From assembly GCA_963701075.1 (NCBI GenBank), contig OY969559.1, forward strand, positions 1,792,001-1,856,000: a stretch of 64,000 nucleotides of DNA, written 5' to 3'. This DNA is from an uncultured Nitrososphaerota archaeon (GTDB lineage: Archaea > Thermoproteota > Nitrososphaeria > Nitrososphaerales > Nitrosopumilaceae). Shown here in pieces: positions 39,323-50,803 of the stretch (position 1 is the stretch's first letter; each line of letters opens with the position of its first letter). The position numbers and the translations under genes are program-made. The notes beneath the pieces were generated by a model, which did not search any database, was not told the DNA's origin, and saw only the letters and a list, made by a program, of their open reading frames with translations.

Positions 39323-39802
39323 TTATTGAACGTTAAATGTAGCAGTCACGTTTATGTCATTCTGATATGATTTATCCTTCATATCTGCCACAATCTGATA
39401 GGTTCCAGTACTATTGATAACTGGAGAAAACATCGCATGAAGTGGGAGTGTAGAATTTGTTTGTACAAAGCACTGTGAAAAGTAGGCGTTCTGGTCTATG
39501 GCTTGTTTTGGAGAGGTCTGCAAATTATAGACTGTCATGTACAAGTCACCACAGTCAAAAGAAGTGTTGTTTACTCTTACAGTGAAGTTTAACGGTACAG
39601 ATACTGGATATGAATTCGAAAAATTCACTATTTTGATATCTTTGCTGCCCTCCTGGGTAGGCTGGGCTACAAAGTTAAGCTGCCACATGTTTAGTTGTCT
39701 ATCAGGTTGTGCCAAAACGTTTGACAAAACAAATCCACCAAGAATTACTGAAATTACTACAGGGAGTACGAAAACAACATAAACTATTTTCCTTGCAGCC
39801 AT
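39323..39802 (-). CDS. Membrane-anchored hypothetical protein
   Basis: N-terminal TM plus Ig-like beta domain. Confidence 0.6.
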   Translation of the reverse strand: MAARKIVYVVFVLPVVISVILGGFVLSNVLAQPDRQLNMWQLNFVAQPTQEGSKDIKIVNFSNSYPVSVPLNFTVRVNNTSFDCGDLYMTVYNLQTSPKQAIDQNAYFSQCFVQTNSTLPLHAMFSPVINSTGTYQIVADMKDKSYQNDINVTATFNVQ

Positions 39803-39910
39803 TTTGTAATCTAACCGCTTGAATTCCCTTATATCTATTTGGTCAGAAAATGAATTCTCATGATAATTTTGACGAATAAGTTAAATCACAGACTGGGCAA
39901 TAGCCGCTAG

Positions 39911-41997
39911 ATGCGACTTAGGAAATTTAGAGTTAGATCTTATCGTTGCATTCATGATTCGGGGGAGATTAAAGTTGGAGACTTGGCTGCATTTGTAGGA
40001 AGAAATGAGAGTGGCAAGACAACAATACTTGAGGCTCTTACTCTACTAAATAAAGATCAAAAGGTTTCAGAGTTAGATCTCTGTGACGAAATGTCTGAGG
40101 AATTAAAATCCGAAGTTAAACTTGCTGAAGGAGACTTTGACCTAAATGAAAAAGAGATTGCGCTAATTAGAGAAAAATTCCCAAATCTCCAGGATATAAG
40201 AAAAGTTAAGATTTACAGGACAAACAAGAACCCCCGCGTTCAGTATGACTTTGGAGACGTTAAGATAAGTGGAGAGGCAAGCAAGCGGCTCAATTCATGG
40301 GAAAATTTTGCAGATAGAATACAGGATTTTGTCAATTCCATGCCAAACCCCATTAGAATACGCGTTGATACAAAATTTCTATTAGGATCTCCCCCAAGGA
40401 CAAGAGACGTTTTCATGAACATGATGTCAGAATTTAACAATAATATTTACTTGCTTGCCTCAGAGGATCCACGGATAATATCAGAGTGGAAAAAGATCTA
40501 CCAAGATTTGGACTACATATTTGATAATATGTTGGTAGGAACAACTGAAAAGTCTGCCTTGGAGAATTTTGTTGAAGATAAATTACATCCAAGATTTGTC
40601 TACTTTTCTGATTACAAAAAAATACTTGGAAACATTGACCTTGAAGAATTCGTGAGAGAAACAAAGGGGATTAGAGCCAAAGGATTGGAGTATGTTGAAG
40701 AGTTTGACAAAGTCGAAACTGTTATGAATTTGTTTTACTTGGCAGAACTTGATGCAAAAAAGCTCGAAGAGGCTCAAGGTAGCCCTTCAAAACTGATAAA
40801 GCTGCTTCACACTTCAAGCAGAAAGCTTAGTGATAGACTCAATCCTGCATGGAAGGGCGATCCCATTCATGTAGAACTAAGATGGAATCCGGGAAACATT
40901 TTGAGTGTTGTAATATCTGACGTTCACAAGGATGGAACTGTCACCAATACAGGTCTTTTGAATAGGAGAGCTGAAGGATTCAAGTGGACATTTTCTTTCA
41001 TAGTAAACTTTGCAGCAGAAACTCAAAAAGCTGACTAAAAGAAGCAATATTATTGCTTGACGAGCCAGCAAGAAACTTACATCCTGCACAACAAAGAGGC
41101 ATATCTGATCTTCTCAAAGGTCTTGCCGGGTCCAATCAAATACTATATGCCACTCATTCACCGTTTATGATATTTGATTACACTCCTGGAAATCTTTTGG
41201 TAGTCGAACTTGATAAGAGAAAACACCTAAGTCATATTTACTATGATTACTGGAATGCAGATGATCAGACATTAATTCCCATATTATATGGTCTTGCAAG
41301 GGGATTAACAGAATCTATCGTTGACAGACAAATTGGATTTAATTCAAGACCAGTCATTATTGTTGAAACAATGTCAGATTGTACGTATCTAAATGCATTT
41401 GATAAATTTCTCAAAGATCCAAATCTATCCATGAATCCATTGAATGTAGTTCCAGTCTACAGTAAAAACTCCGTCATGCCATTAGCCACATTTTACAGAA
41501 ATCACGGATATGACACGTTTGTGTTGCTTGACAATACAGATGAATCTAGTCAGATCTCCACACAGCTTGAATCAAATCAATTCAAAAAGGTGCAAATGAT
41601 ATTCTTTGAGCTTGGCGGACAAACAAAGCAGTTCTTGGAAGATTTGATAATGGATGAAGATTATTTGTATGCCGTGAATCAAACATATGAAATAAAACTA
41701 AGAAAAGAAGGATACAAAGCTCTAACTAAAGAAGTGGTTTCATCCAAGGGAAAAAGAAGCATGGTAGATAATCTAAATGAGATTTGGAAGGAAAACCAGC
41801 ATCTTGGATGGGAGAAATTTGATAGAGAGGAGATATGCAGATACATCTGTGAAAAAATTGCCATAGGTGAAACTGACTTTTTGACAGATAAAACAAAAGA
41901 CCAGTTTAGGACACTATATAGGCTAATAGCTGAGCGTATAAGACAGAATCAAAATCTAGGCTCACCGACAAGCCTCACCTACTCACGACGAGAGTAA
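39911..41997 (+). CDS. OLD-family ABC-ATPase/TOPRIM-like nuclease; -1 frameshift near 41034
   Basis: GRNESGKT, LLDEPARNLHP, ATHSP, IIVETMSD; span is 3n-1. Confidence 0.8.
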
Positions 41998-42112
41998 CTT
42001 GACTGTTTTTTAGAATATCTACTTTACTCATAAATCACACTCAAGCAGAAACGACAATGAATGATTTATCATTAAGATTTAATTTAGAGACTGGTTGTTC
42101 TTTCGTTGAGAA

Positions 42113-44263
42113 ATGTTATTAAAATCTAATATACTTATTGCTTTGATCATTAGCAGTGCATTTATTGGCCTTATACTTGTAGCACATGCTTCATCTAACT
42201 TGGTGACAGTAACCTCAACAAATACACCAGGTGGCATAACTCAACTACAAGTTACCAACAGTCCTTCAAACACTGTTGGCATTTCATCTCTTACTTTACA
42301 GATTAAAAATGGAAATTTCAACTCTTTTACATTAGCAAATGGATGGATAGGAAAGAAGACATCATCTGCCACAATAGCGTTTTTTGCTTCAAATCCGCTC
42401 GAGCCTGGCAACTCAACAACTATTACAATCAACACCAACCAGCAGGCTCCAGATCTTGTATGGAGCGCATTTAATTTAAATAATAATCAGTTAGGGACTG
42501 GTGAAATTGGAGCTCCAATAATACCACCAACTCCACCACAAAATCAAAACCAACCAAAAAATCAAAACCAACCACCACCCCCACCTACCATAAATCCCGG
42601 AATATTAGGAATGTCTACTTTCAGAATTATACCTTCAACGCCAGCTCCGGGTTTTGATGTTCGTGTTGTCGGGCAGAGCTTTGCATCATCGACATCCCTT
42701 GATTTGTATTTGGGAAGTCAAAAGATAGATACCTTTTCGTCAGACAGTGATGGGAACTTTGTCATCACCACAACAATTCCTCAGAGTCAACAGCCAGGCA
42801 GCGCAGATTTTGTTCTAAAAGACCAAACAAATAATCAGAAAACATTCACTACAACCATAGAATCAGCACCGCCTTCTCGCACAACAACTCAACAAGTAAT
42901 TCCATTAACTGTAAATGTTGATCCTATTTTACATCCAGGTGACACTGGAATAATTAACGGAACAGCAAATCCTGGCAGCACCGTGACAATTTCTCTATTG
43001 AATTCAACCGGAACAAGCATAACAACATTTACAGTGACTACTGCCAAAGATGGGAATTATGCAATTTCACAAACAATCCCTAATGACAGGCCATTTGGTA
43101 AGTATACAGTTGCAGTTTCAGATGGACAGAGTCAAGTCAGTAAAGACTATACCGTAACATCTGTCCATCAAATCTTAATATCAACACCACAGCAGGAGTA
43201 CAACCCTGGACAGGTCATGACAATAAACGGCACGTCAACATCTAATCAGCCTGTATCTATAACAATAACAGATCCAACTGGAAATCAGATATATGCAAAA
43301 GATGTCAATGTTACGAGCGGGCATATATCACTAGCATATCAAATAGATTCCGCTGCCATTACAGGCACCTACGCTATCACTGCATCACAAGGAAGTGATT
43401 CAGTTCCTCTCTACGTTGGAGTTGGTGCAGAACCAGTAGCAGGTATAACGGCTACTTTGGATAAATTAAATTACCAAAATACTGATAATCCAGTTGTCAG
43501 CATTTCAGCACCGCCTACTTCGACATTAAATCTTGTGATAGTAGATCCTTCCGATCAAGAAAAGTTTTCTGACATAATTTCAGTGGGAGCAGACGGTTTT
43601 GCCACATATTCATTTAATTTGACATCTTATACTCCTGGTATCTACTCTTTAGTGCTGACCAGAGGAGATGACAAGGTAGAAGATAGCTTTGCAGTAGGGC
43701 TTCAAACGGGTTGTGGACAGATATCCATTAGGACTGTGGCATCCACATACTCGCCAGGAGATGGTATGCTCATTTTCGGAAATGCCAACCCAGACTGTAT
43801 CATACAGCTTGCTTTAACAGATCCAAATGGCCAGCTGATAAAAACTGAACAATTATTTGTAAACAAAGAAGGCATTTTTTCGGCATTTGACTTTAGGATA
43901 CCCGACGATGGAGTACCTGGCACTTGGAAGTTGGATGCTACAAGCGGCATAGATCATATAAGTTTGGACGTTAACGTACAATCTCAATCTCTAATGACTA
44001 TACAATTAGATAAAAGCCCCCCGATCTATGCTACAGGAGACCTTGTTAAGATTTCAGGAAGTGGAATAGGCCATGACTTGGGCGTCTTCATTAACATAAT
44101 TGGAGCAAACAACACAACCGTTGATACTTTATCCATCCATTCAACAAGCACCGGAGACTATAGTACAGAATGGGTGGTTCCAACGTCCTTAAGTGCCGGA
44201 GTCTATACGATACAAGTAGAATCCACCGTTGGCAAAGTGACCACACCCATAACAATTCAATAA
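42113..44263 (+). CDS. Large secreted protein with multiple Ig-like domains
   Basis: Signal peptide, Pro/Gln/Asn linker, repeated Y.PG..I.G and DP.G motifs. Confidence 0.75.
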   Translation: MLLKSNILIALIISSAFIGLILVAHASSNLVTVTSTNTPGGITQLQVTNSPSNTVGISSLTLQIKNGNFNSFTLANGWIGKKTSSATIAFFASNPLEPGNSTTITINTNQQAPDLVWSAFNLNNNQLGTGEIGAPIIPPTPPQNQNQPKNQNQPPPPPTINPGILGMSTFRIIPSTPAPGFDVRVVGQSFASSTSLDLYLGSQKIDTFSSDSDGNFVITTTIPQSQQPGSADFVLKDQTNNQKTFTTTIESAPPSRTTTQQVIPLTVNVDPILHPGDTGIINGTANPGSTVTISLLNSTGTSITTFTVTTAKDGNYAISQTIPNDRPFGKYTVAVSDGQSQVSKDYTVTSVHQILISTPQQEYNPGQVMTINGTSTSNQPVSITITDPTGNQIYAKDVNVTSGHISLAYQIDSAAITGTYAITASQGSDSVPLYVGVGAEPVAGITATLDKLNYQNTDNPVVSISAPPTSTLNLVIVDPSDQEKFSDIISVGADGFATYSFNLTSYTPGIYSLVLTRGDDKVEDSFAVGLQTGCGQISIRTVASTYSPGDGMLIFGNANPDCIIQLALTDPNGQLIKTEQLFVNKEGIFSAFDFRIPDDGVPGTWKLDATSGIDHISLDVNVQSQSLMTIQLDKSPPIYATGDLVKISGSGIGHDLGVFINIIGANNTTVDTLSIHSTSTGDYSTEWVVPTSLSAGVYTIQVESTVGKVTTPITIQ

Positions 44264-44311
44264 AATCCAAATTAAGAAATATTTTTTACATCCACAGCTT
44301 GTGAAGCATTT

Positions 44312-44824
44312 GTGAATCTAAAAGAAAGAATTGCAGAGATACCTGATTTTCCAAAAAAGGGCATCTTATTTAGGGATATTAGTCCTCTTTTAAGAGATCC
44401 AGCAGCGCTTTCACTTGTAGTAGAAGAATTCTCAAAACGCATACATCCTAAAGAGGTAGACGTTTTTGTCGGCATAGAATCAAGAGGTTTCCCGCTAGCC
44501 TGTGCACTGGCTCTCAAATACAACAAGGGCATGATAATGGTAAGAAAGCAAGGAAAACTACCAGGCTCCACGCATAAACTGACATACAACATAGAGTACG
44601 GTACGGCTACAATGGAAATTCAAAGTACTGCAATTAAAAAAGGCGAGAAGGTTCTCATATGTGACGATCTGCTTGCAACTGGTGGCACAGCAAAGGCTGC
44701 AGCCAAGCTGGTTGAAAAGTTGGGCGGAATTGTTACAGGTTTTGCTTTCATCATAGAATTAACGGAGCTGAAAGGATCTAAAGCAATTAAGAATTACCGA
44801 CATGAATCACTGGTGAAATATTGA
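44312..44824 (+). CDS. apt: Adenine phosphoribosyltransferase
   Basis: PDFPKKGILFRDI, ESRGF, LICDDLLATGGT. Confidence 0.95.
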   Translation: MNLKERIAEIPDFPKKGILFRDISPLLRDPAALSLVVEEFSKRIHPKEVDVFVGIESRGFPLACALALKYNKGMIMVRKQGKLPGSTHKLTYNIEYGTATMEIQSTAIKKGEKVLICDDLLATGGTAKAAAKLVEKLGGIVTGFAFIIELTELKGSKAIKNYRHESLVKY

Positions 44825-45616
44825 CAGAACAAGCGGAAGTTGGGATATTTGGCGGTACTGGAATTTATGACCCAGGATTACTAAGTGAGAGCAAAGAGAT
44901 CACAATAGAAACACCATTTGGAAAGACTTCGGACTCGATAACTGTTGGAATTTACAAAGGCACAAGGGTTGCTTTCATGCCCAGACATGGGAGAAAGCAT
45001 ACAATTCCTCCACACCTGATAAACTTTAGAGCAAATATTTGGGCCTTCAAAGAGATGGGCATTAAGCGAATAATAGCACCGTCAGACTGTTGGCAGTCTG
45101 CAAGAAAAATTAAAACCCGGAGATGTTGTAATTCCTACCCAGTTTATTGATTTTACAAAATCAAGAAAGTATACTTTTTTTGAAGACGGTAAAGTAGTAC
45201 ACATATCAGTAGCTGACCCTTTTTGTCCTGAACTTCAGGCCTCGGTATATAATGCTGCAAAAAAGATGGATTTACACTTGCACAAGGATGCAACCTATGT
45301 CTGCATAGAGGGACCTAGATTCTCTACAAGAGCAGAGTCCAAATTCTACAAGAATGTCATAGGAGCTGACATAATAGGAATGACCCTAGTTCCAGAATGC
45401 CAACTTGCAAGAGAGGCCCAAATGTGTTATGTCTCAGTTTCTACCGTTACAGACTATGATGTATGGGCAGATAAACCAGTAACTGCCAAAGAGGTTTTAG
45501 AAACATTGTCAAAAAATGTCAAGACCACAAAGAATCTTCTCGGAATGCTTCTTGACTTGATCCCCAAGCAAAGAAGTTGCGCTTGTGCAAAAGCACTGGA
45601 AGAAGCAGGATTTTAA
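44821..45616 (+). CDS. mtnP: 5'-methylthioadenosine phosphorylase; +1 frameshift near 45086
   Basis: [34 protein letters not shown]; span is 3n+1. Confidence 0.9.
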
Positions 45617-45898
45617 CCGTCTGCAAAGGACTCTTTCTTGAGGCCTTCAGGTAGAGAAATGTCCCCATGAACTAGCTTTTGTTGTAGTTCGCCTATTATT
45701 TCATCCACGTCATAACCAAGTTTTACCAATTCCTTTTGGACAGACTTTTGAAATTTTAGCGCCAATATTATGGCCTCCTATCCTTCCAAACGCAATGGCA
45801 CTAAACTTGAAGGAATGACTGTCTATGATAAAAATGCCTGTTATCTTGGCTGCCATTTGACTACCACGCACGTTTTTTATATGAACCTCAAGATTCAT
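45613..45898 (-). CDS. Hypothetical protein; +1 frameshift near 45746
   Basis: [35 protein letters not shown]...; span is 3n+1. Confidence 0.55.
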
Positions 45899-45907
45899 GC
45901 CATGTTC

Positions 45908-46306
45908 TTATATCTCTACGGCCTTATTTACAGAGTTTTCAATTAAAAAGTTCCAGTGCTTGTCATCTTCTATTTTAAAGTCCTTGACTTTGAGGGTGAT
46001 GACTTTCTCTTCCAAGCATTCATGTTGAATTTCATCATCTTTCTTAATCTTAACAAGTTTCCATTTCTCCTTGTGTTTTTTCAGATTACATAGAAGAACG
46101 GCCCATTTCTGATCCGGAGCTATTTTTGGCATTCCAACATAATCAACAATGCTTTCAATTCCAAGTTGTTTTTCTTCACAAAAGACTTTTTTGCACTTTA
46201 CACAACGCCAGATGTCTACAGAACCAATCGTTCGCTTTTCATAGTTTATGTTAGTGACACCAAAGTAAACTATCTCATGTTTACAAGAGTCTTGTTCTTC
46301 GGACAT
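45908..46306 (-). CDS. Hypothetical Cys/His-containing protein
   Basis: CKH..WRCVKCKKVFC. Confidence 0.6.
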   Translation of the reverse strand: MSEEQDSCKHEIVYFGVTNINYEKRTIGSVDIWRCVKCKKVFCEEKQLGIESIVDYVGMPKIAPDQKWAVLLCNLKKHKEKWKLVKIKKDDEIQHECLEEKVITLKVKDFKIEDDKHWNFLIENSVNKAVEI

Positions 46307-46327
46307 TATTCCTTTTCAATATGGGTT

Positions 46328-46711
46328 CTATTTAGTTCTTGCATCATCATATGGTTTTTCTAAAACAATCGATATGTTGTCAACCAGTAAATTCTTTTTA
46401 AAAGGAATATTTTCTCTCAAACACATTCTTCGATACATGTTAACTACAGCAAATCTTGGATGCATGGATTCAAACTCTGTCTTTGTGATATCAATAAAGC
46501 CTCCCAAGTCAACAAGACTTTTTGTTACTTCAGATGCCTGTGAGTCTGATATGCTAAGACTTTGTGCAACATCCTTTGCCGATTTTTTTCCTTCCTTTAC
46601 AACCAAGACAAAAACTTTTGCTTGCATTGGAGATAGCCTAAGTTCTGAAACAAGTTTTTCTTCAACGTTATCTATGTTTACACTCACAAGTGCTGAGACA
46701 AATTTTGCCAT
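46328..46711 (-). CDS. TrmB-like HTH transcriptional regulator
   Basis: LSPMQAKVFVLVV..SAKDVAQSLSIS..KSLVDLG. Confidence 0.65.
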   Translation of the reverse strand: MAKFVSALVSVNIDNVEEKLVSELRLSPMQAKVFVLVVKEGKKSAKDVAQSLSISDSQASEVTKSLVDLGGFIDITKTEFESMHPRFAVVNMYRRMCLRENIPFKKNLLVDNISIVLEKPYDDARTK

Positions 46712-46750
46712 AATTAAAGATGCCCAAAGCTATGAAATTAAATAACGAAG

Positions 46751-47341
46751 ATGAGCAGTTCTGTCATGAGACTAGTAATAGGTATGACAGGTAGTTCCGG
46801 TATTGTTTATGGAGTAAGAATGCTCGAAGTCCTGAAACGTTGCAATATTGATGTTCATCTCGTAATGACTGAATGGGCTAAAAAGTGCTTGGCGTTGGAA
46901 ACAGATTTTGATTTAAACTATGTCAAATCATTAGCAGGTAGTTATTCTGAGGATTCCAACATGGCTGCAAGTGTTTCAAGTGGTACGTACAAAACAGATG
47001 GAATGATCATAATACCTTGTAGCATGAAGACACTTTCAAGCATAGCTAATGGCTATGAAGAAACTCTTGTTGCACGTGCTGCAGGTGTCACTATAAAAGA
47101 ATCCCGCAAGCTGGTAATTGTTCCAAGAGAGACGCCGCTAACAGGTATTCATCTTGAGAATATGCTAAAGCTTGCAAGAATAGGAATAATCATCTTACCT
47201 GCAATGCCCGGATTCTATAACAGGCCAAAAAATGTAGATGACCTGATAAATCATGTGGTTGGAAAGTGTCTTGACCAATTTAACATCGAGCACGATCTTT
47301 TCAAGAGATGGGGAACCTCAAAACCCTCAGTTGATAATTAA
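46751..47341 (+). CDS. ubiX: Flavin prenyltransferase
   Basis: GMTGSSG, SSG, PCSMKTL, RETP, PGFY. Confidence 0.93.
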   Translation: MSSSVMRLVIGMTGSSGIVYGVRMLEVLKRCNIDVHLVMTEWAKKCLALETDFDLNYVKSLAGSYSEDSNMAASVSSGTYKTDGMIIIPCSMKTLSSIANGYEETLVARAAGVTIKESRKLVIVPRETPLTGIHLENMLKLARIGIIILPAMPGFYNRPKNVDDLINHVVGKCLDQFNIEHDLFKRWGTSKPSVDN

Positions 47342-47382
47342 GAGCACATCAGCACGAGCATAAACTAGAATTAGATTGCAAA

Positions 47383-47901
47383 ATGGACGAGTGTTTATAT
47401 TTGGATAGATGGTTGTTGATACAGAACAGATTGACTAGCTACAAGAGCCGATATTCTAATGACAAGTCGTTTGATTTCATAATACCGCTTATGGTTTTGC
47501 TATTTTTGGGAATTGTATACGTATTATCGTTAAGAGATGATGCAGGATATGTTAGCTTCATTTTAATTGGAATAACTGCCGCAATCATGATTTATTGGGT
47601 AAGAGTACTCAAGAAAATGACAAAAGACAGTCAGCCACAATATGTTCCCAAGGAATCAGAAACAAAGAATTGGGTATACGATCTGATTAAAGGTGATAAT
47701 GAAATTGTATTTGTAGCAGAGGTACCAGGCCCAGAAGAACAGGTAACTGTGAGATTAATTAACGGAGTCTTATATGTACGAGGTTCAGGTCACTTTTCAA
47801 AGGAAGTCCCAATCGAGACAACACCAGACATGGGCATATATGATTTCAAATACAGAAACGGTGTTCTTACGCTAAGAATAAAGAAACTAGAAGCTCTTTG
47901 A
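47383..47901 (+). CDS. Membrane-anchored Hsp20-like protein (start uncertain)
   Basis: Two TM, then VAEVPG...YRNGVLTLRI alpha-crystallin motif. Confidence 0.7.
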   Translation: MDECLYLDRWLLIQNRLTSYKSRYSNDKSFDFIIPLMVLLFLGIVYVLSLRDDAGYVSFILIGITAAIMIYWVRVLKKMTKDSQPQYVPKESETKNWVYDLIKGDNEIVFVAEVPGPEEQVTVRLINGVLYVRGSGHFSKEVPIETTPDMGIYDFKYRNGVLTLRIKKLEAL

Positions 47902-48990
47902 TTCTTCTAGTTTTGCTGGAAGATATTTATCGGTAATATTTGTCAGGCCATATTTTGAGAATGCCTCTAATTCTGCTTTTCTCTTAAGTTTTAGAAAGAC
48001 TTCTAATTGTTTCTTCCAGTTTCCTTCTTGATATCGTGGGTCCTTTTGTAGATCATAGATTCTTTTAATGTCAGACTCAGTCATTGGAATCGTAGGAAGT
48101 TTGTATTTTTCAATATCAGTAGCCCACACTCCAAGCCATTTTGCATCTGGAACAGTTAGTTCACGTAAATGAGCGGCATTAGCTGATCCAGATTTTATAA
48201 CCATGGCAATGTGTTCTCCATATACGTCTCCGTCAGCTAGAATTACTACTGGAAGCCCCATTTCTTGATTCAATCTTCTCAAAAGGTTTCTTGTAGAACG
48301 TGGTGCCTGACCTGCAGTATCCACTATAATTGACTTGAATTTTTTGTGTACTTTTTCTTCTACAAATCTTGTGAAAAGACCACCCTTCTCAATTGCTATG
48401 ACTAGTTCGGCACTAGTATCCACCAATTCTGCGCTACTAAGACTTGGACCTATCAGATATCCATCAGGATGATCAGAAAGATTCATTCTTTTGCCTTCAT
48501 ATCCCGGTACTGTATATTCAATAGTCAAATCTCCAAAGACACTGCTTCTCTCCTCAGGGAAGATGTGAAACTCCTCACGAGGACTCAGGGTGACAGCTTC
48601 CAAGTCTACTATGATATTATCTGATTCTGGTTGGTCTTCAAAATCAATACTAAATGCCTGGGAAGAATAGTAAATGTCTCTCAATGTAGACGATTTGCCC
48701 TCTCTTACCAATCTATTAACAAAAAATGCAAGCCATGCAAGTTGTGTGTAAGAGCGAAGCTGCGACATGTTTCTTGAGCTTCTAACTGCGTTTGCATTAC
48801 CTAGAATATACTGTCTTAGTTTCTTGTCGTAGACAATGTTATTTACAGATCTACTTGGAATGACAAACTGGGGAAATTTTCCTTGATCAAGATTATCATA
48901 TATGTTAAGACCGTGTTTTTGTAACAGAGAAAGAAGCTTTTCTTTTTTTGCTTCTGCTGTTCTCTGGTTAGACTTGTTCTTCAATTTCAC
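47887..48990 (-). CDS. top6A: DNA topoisomerase VI subunit A
   Basis: TLRDIYY, AIEK, DGDVYG, KAELEA. Confidence 0.95.
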   Translation of the reverse strand: MKLKNKSNQRTAEAKKEKLLSLLQKHGLNIYDNLDQGKFPQFVIPSRSVNNIVYDKKLRQYILGNANAVRSSRNMSQLRSYTQLAWLAFFVNRLVREGKSSTLRDIYYSSQAFSIDFEDQPESDNIIVDLEAVTLSPREEFHIFPEERSSVFGDLTIEYTVPGYEGKRMNLSDHPDGYLIGPSLSSAELVDTSAELVIAIEKGGLFTRFVEEKVHKKFKSIIVDTAGQAPRSTRNLLRRLNQEMGLPVVILADGDVYGEHIAMVIKSGSANAAHLRELTVPDAKWLGVWATDIEKYKLPTIPMTESDIKRIYDLQKDPRYQEGNWKKQLEVFLKLKRKAELEAFSKYGLTNITDKYLPAKLEESKSF

Positions 48991-50803
48991 TTCCCATCTT
49001 TATTAGTTGTTTATAATTTGGCTCTTTTTTCTTTCCAGATAATTCTGTTGCAAATTGAGATATTAATGGAACATATTTTGCATAAAGATTTGCCCTTTTC
49101 TTCTCCATGTCTGCGGCTCCCTTCCTTGACATGTGAACGGCGAGCTTTCTTGCCAAATATTGTAATGCGTTTTTTAGTTCACGCTCAAGTTCTGGCCTAT
49201 CAGCAACGTTCTCTTTTCCCACAGTCTTATACGGGATTCTAGTGGAACAGATATGAGAGACTATTACAAGAGGTGGATCTCCTTTTACTTTGTACCTGCT
49301 CCAATCCATCTCATTGACAATCTTTAGTACAACATCACTTCCTTCATCATAGAGCAAAGGAATCCTGTTAGCAAACCTGTATACCTTAAGCCCAGCTGCT
49401 GGGATATCCCCACCATATGCAATACCCATCTCCACGACAAATGGAAATCCAGAATATGCAGATGCACTGCGCTGCATCACAGAGGCAAATTCAGGGTTGA
49501 AGAACTTCATAATTCCTTTAGAAAGAGGCTCTTCTCCTAATGGTGCCAGACAGCTTGGATCAGGTGCCAGAAAATCATCAAATTTTTGTAGTGCGTCAGC
49601 TAATCTGACCAATTCCTCATTTGTCATACTACCTATCCTTCTTTCGGGTTTTAATTTTGCAAATTCACAGAACTTTTCTGCAGTAGTTGGACCTACTCTT
49701 TGGAATCTTTTAGTCAAGAATGTAAGCAAAGTGTCTCCCTGAATTGTGTTTGCAAGTTGCTTGTAGTATGGACTTTCTGAATCAAGTTCTATTGCGTGAG
49801 ATTGCGACTCACCAAAGTCCCAGTAAGTAATTTTTTTGTTAGCAACATCAATGTCATCAATTCTTATTTTTTGCAACCCATCAAAATCTACGTTTAGAAA
49901 TGACATAACAGCGATTATTGTTCTTACGGGTCTTGATAGATCTGTCCAGCGTTTCTGAGCTCTTTCAAGCATGTCTTTAGTTGTAAGAGTCTTCTTTTGT
50001 AGACCCAATTCCTTCTTTACTTTGTCTATCATTTTATTGTCAACTGCCGGAATCTGATAATGAGTATCCACTATCATTCTCCTTATGGTTTCAACATCCA
50101 CACCGTGTGGATGCGGTTTTATTATTGTGGGTGGGGGTGGCATTTCCTTTACAATTCTTGGATAATGGAATTTTTCGCCAGATGGGTCTTCAAATGTCAT
50201 GGAAGCATAAGGCGTGATAAGCGATGTTTGAGAAACATAATCACGTATTTTGGATCCTGCTTTTGAATAATCCCCTTCAAGCACTATACTAACAGAGAGT
50301 CCTGTCTTTGATGCTTCCTTTACGTTATGTTTTAAAATTACAGGCTTGTTTTTCTGAATATCAAGCAACATCACAAATTCGTCAATTGTTTTTTCATCAG
50401 CACAACTTTTCACGGTAACTGGTTTGTTTGTAGTTATTTGACCATACAGTATGGCCATAGTAGCACCAAGTCCAAACATTCCCCTTGCCTGCTTGAGTCC
50501 AAATTTTGAACCATAAAGAACAGTACCAAACGCATGAGGCACGTGCTTTGGTTCAATGCCAGGACCATTGTCTTTGACTGTTAAGACATAGTGTTTTGGA
50601 TCGGATTGTTCAGGATCTACTGCTTTTATTGACATATGAATATCAGGTAGGATCTTCTTTTGATCACATGCATCAAGTGCATTCTCTACAAATTCCCTTA
50701 CTGATGTGTACAATGATCTTGTAGGATTACTAAAACCTGCAAGATCCCTATTCCTGTAGAAAAATTCGCTGGGAGATATTTGGCTGAAGGTTTCCTTACT
50801 CAA
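48968..50803 (-). CDS. top6B: DNA topoisomerase VI subunit B
   Basis: SPSEFFYRN, EFVENALDA, DNGPG, QARGMFGLG, RFANRIPL. Confidence 0.95.
   Translation of the reverse strand: MSKETFSQISPSEFFYRNRDLAGFSNPTRSLYTSVREFVENALDACDQKKILPDIHMSIKAVDPEQSDPKHYVLTVKDNGPGIEPKHVPHAFGTVLYGSKFGLKQARGMFGLGATMAILYGQITTNKPVTVKSCADEKTIDEFVMLLDIQKNKPVILKHNVKEASKTGLSVSIVLEGDYSKAGSKIRDYVSQTSLITPYASMTFEDPSGEKFHYPRIVKEMPPPPTIIKPHPHGVDVETIRRMIVDTHYQIPAVDNKMIDKVKKELGLQKKTLTTKDMLERAQKRWTDLSRPVRTIIAVMSFLNVDFDGLQKIRIDDIDVANKKITYWDFGESQSHAIELDSESPYYKQLANTIQGDTLLTFLTKRFQRVGPTTAEKFCEFAKLKPERRIGSMTNEELVRLADALQKFDDFLAPDPSCLAPLGEEPLSKGIMKFFNPEFASVMQRSASAYSGFPFVVEMGIAYGGDIPAAGLKVYRFANRIPLLYDEGSDVVLKIVNEMDWSRYKVKGDPPLVIVSHICSTRIPYKTVGKENVADRPELERELKNALQYLARKLAVHMSRKGAADMEKKRANLYAKYVPLISQFATELSGKKKEPNYKQLIKMGSEIEEQV

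Noticed and set aside
42520-42590. CAAAATCAAAACCAACCA-type tandem repeat
   Set aside because: Ordinary Pro/Gln/Asn linker in a surface protein.
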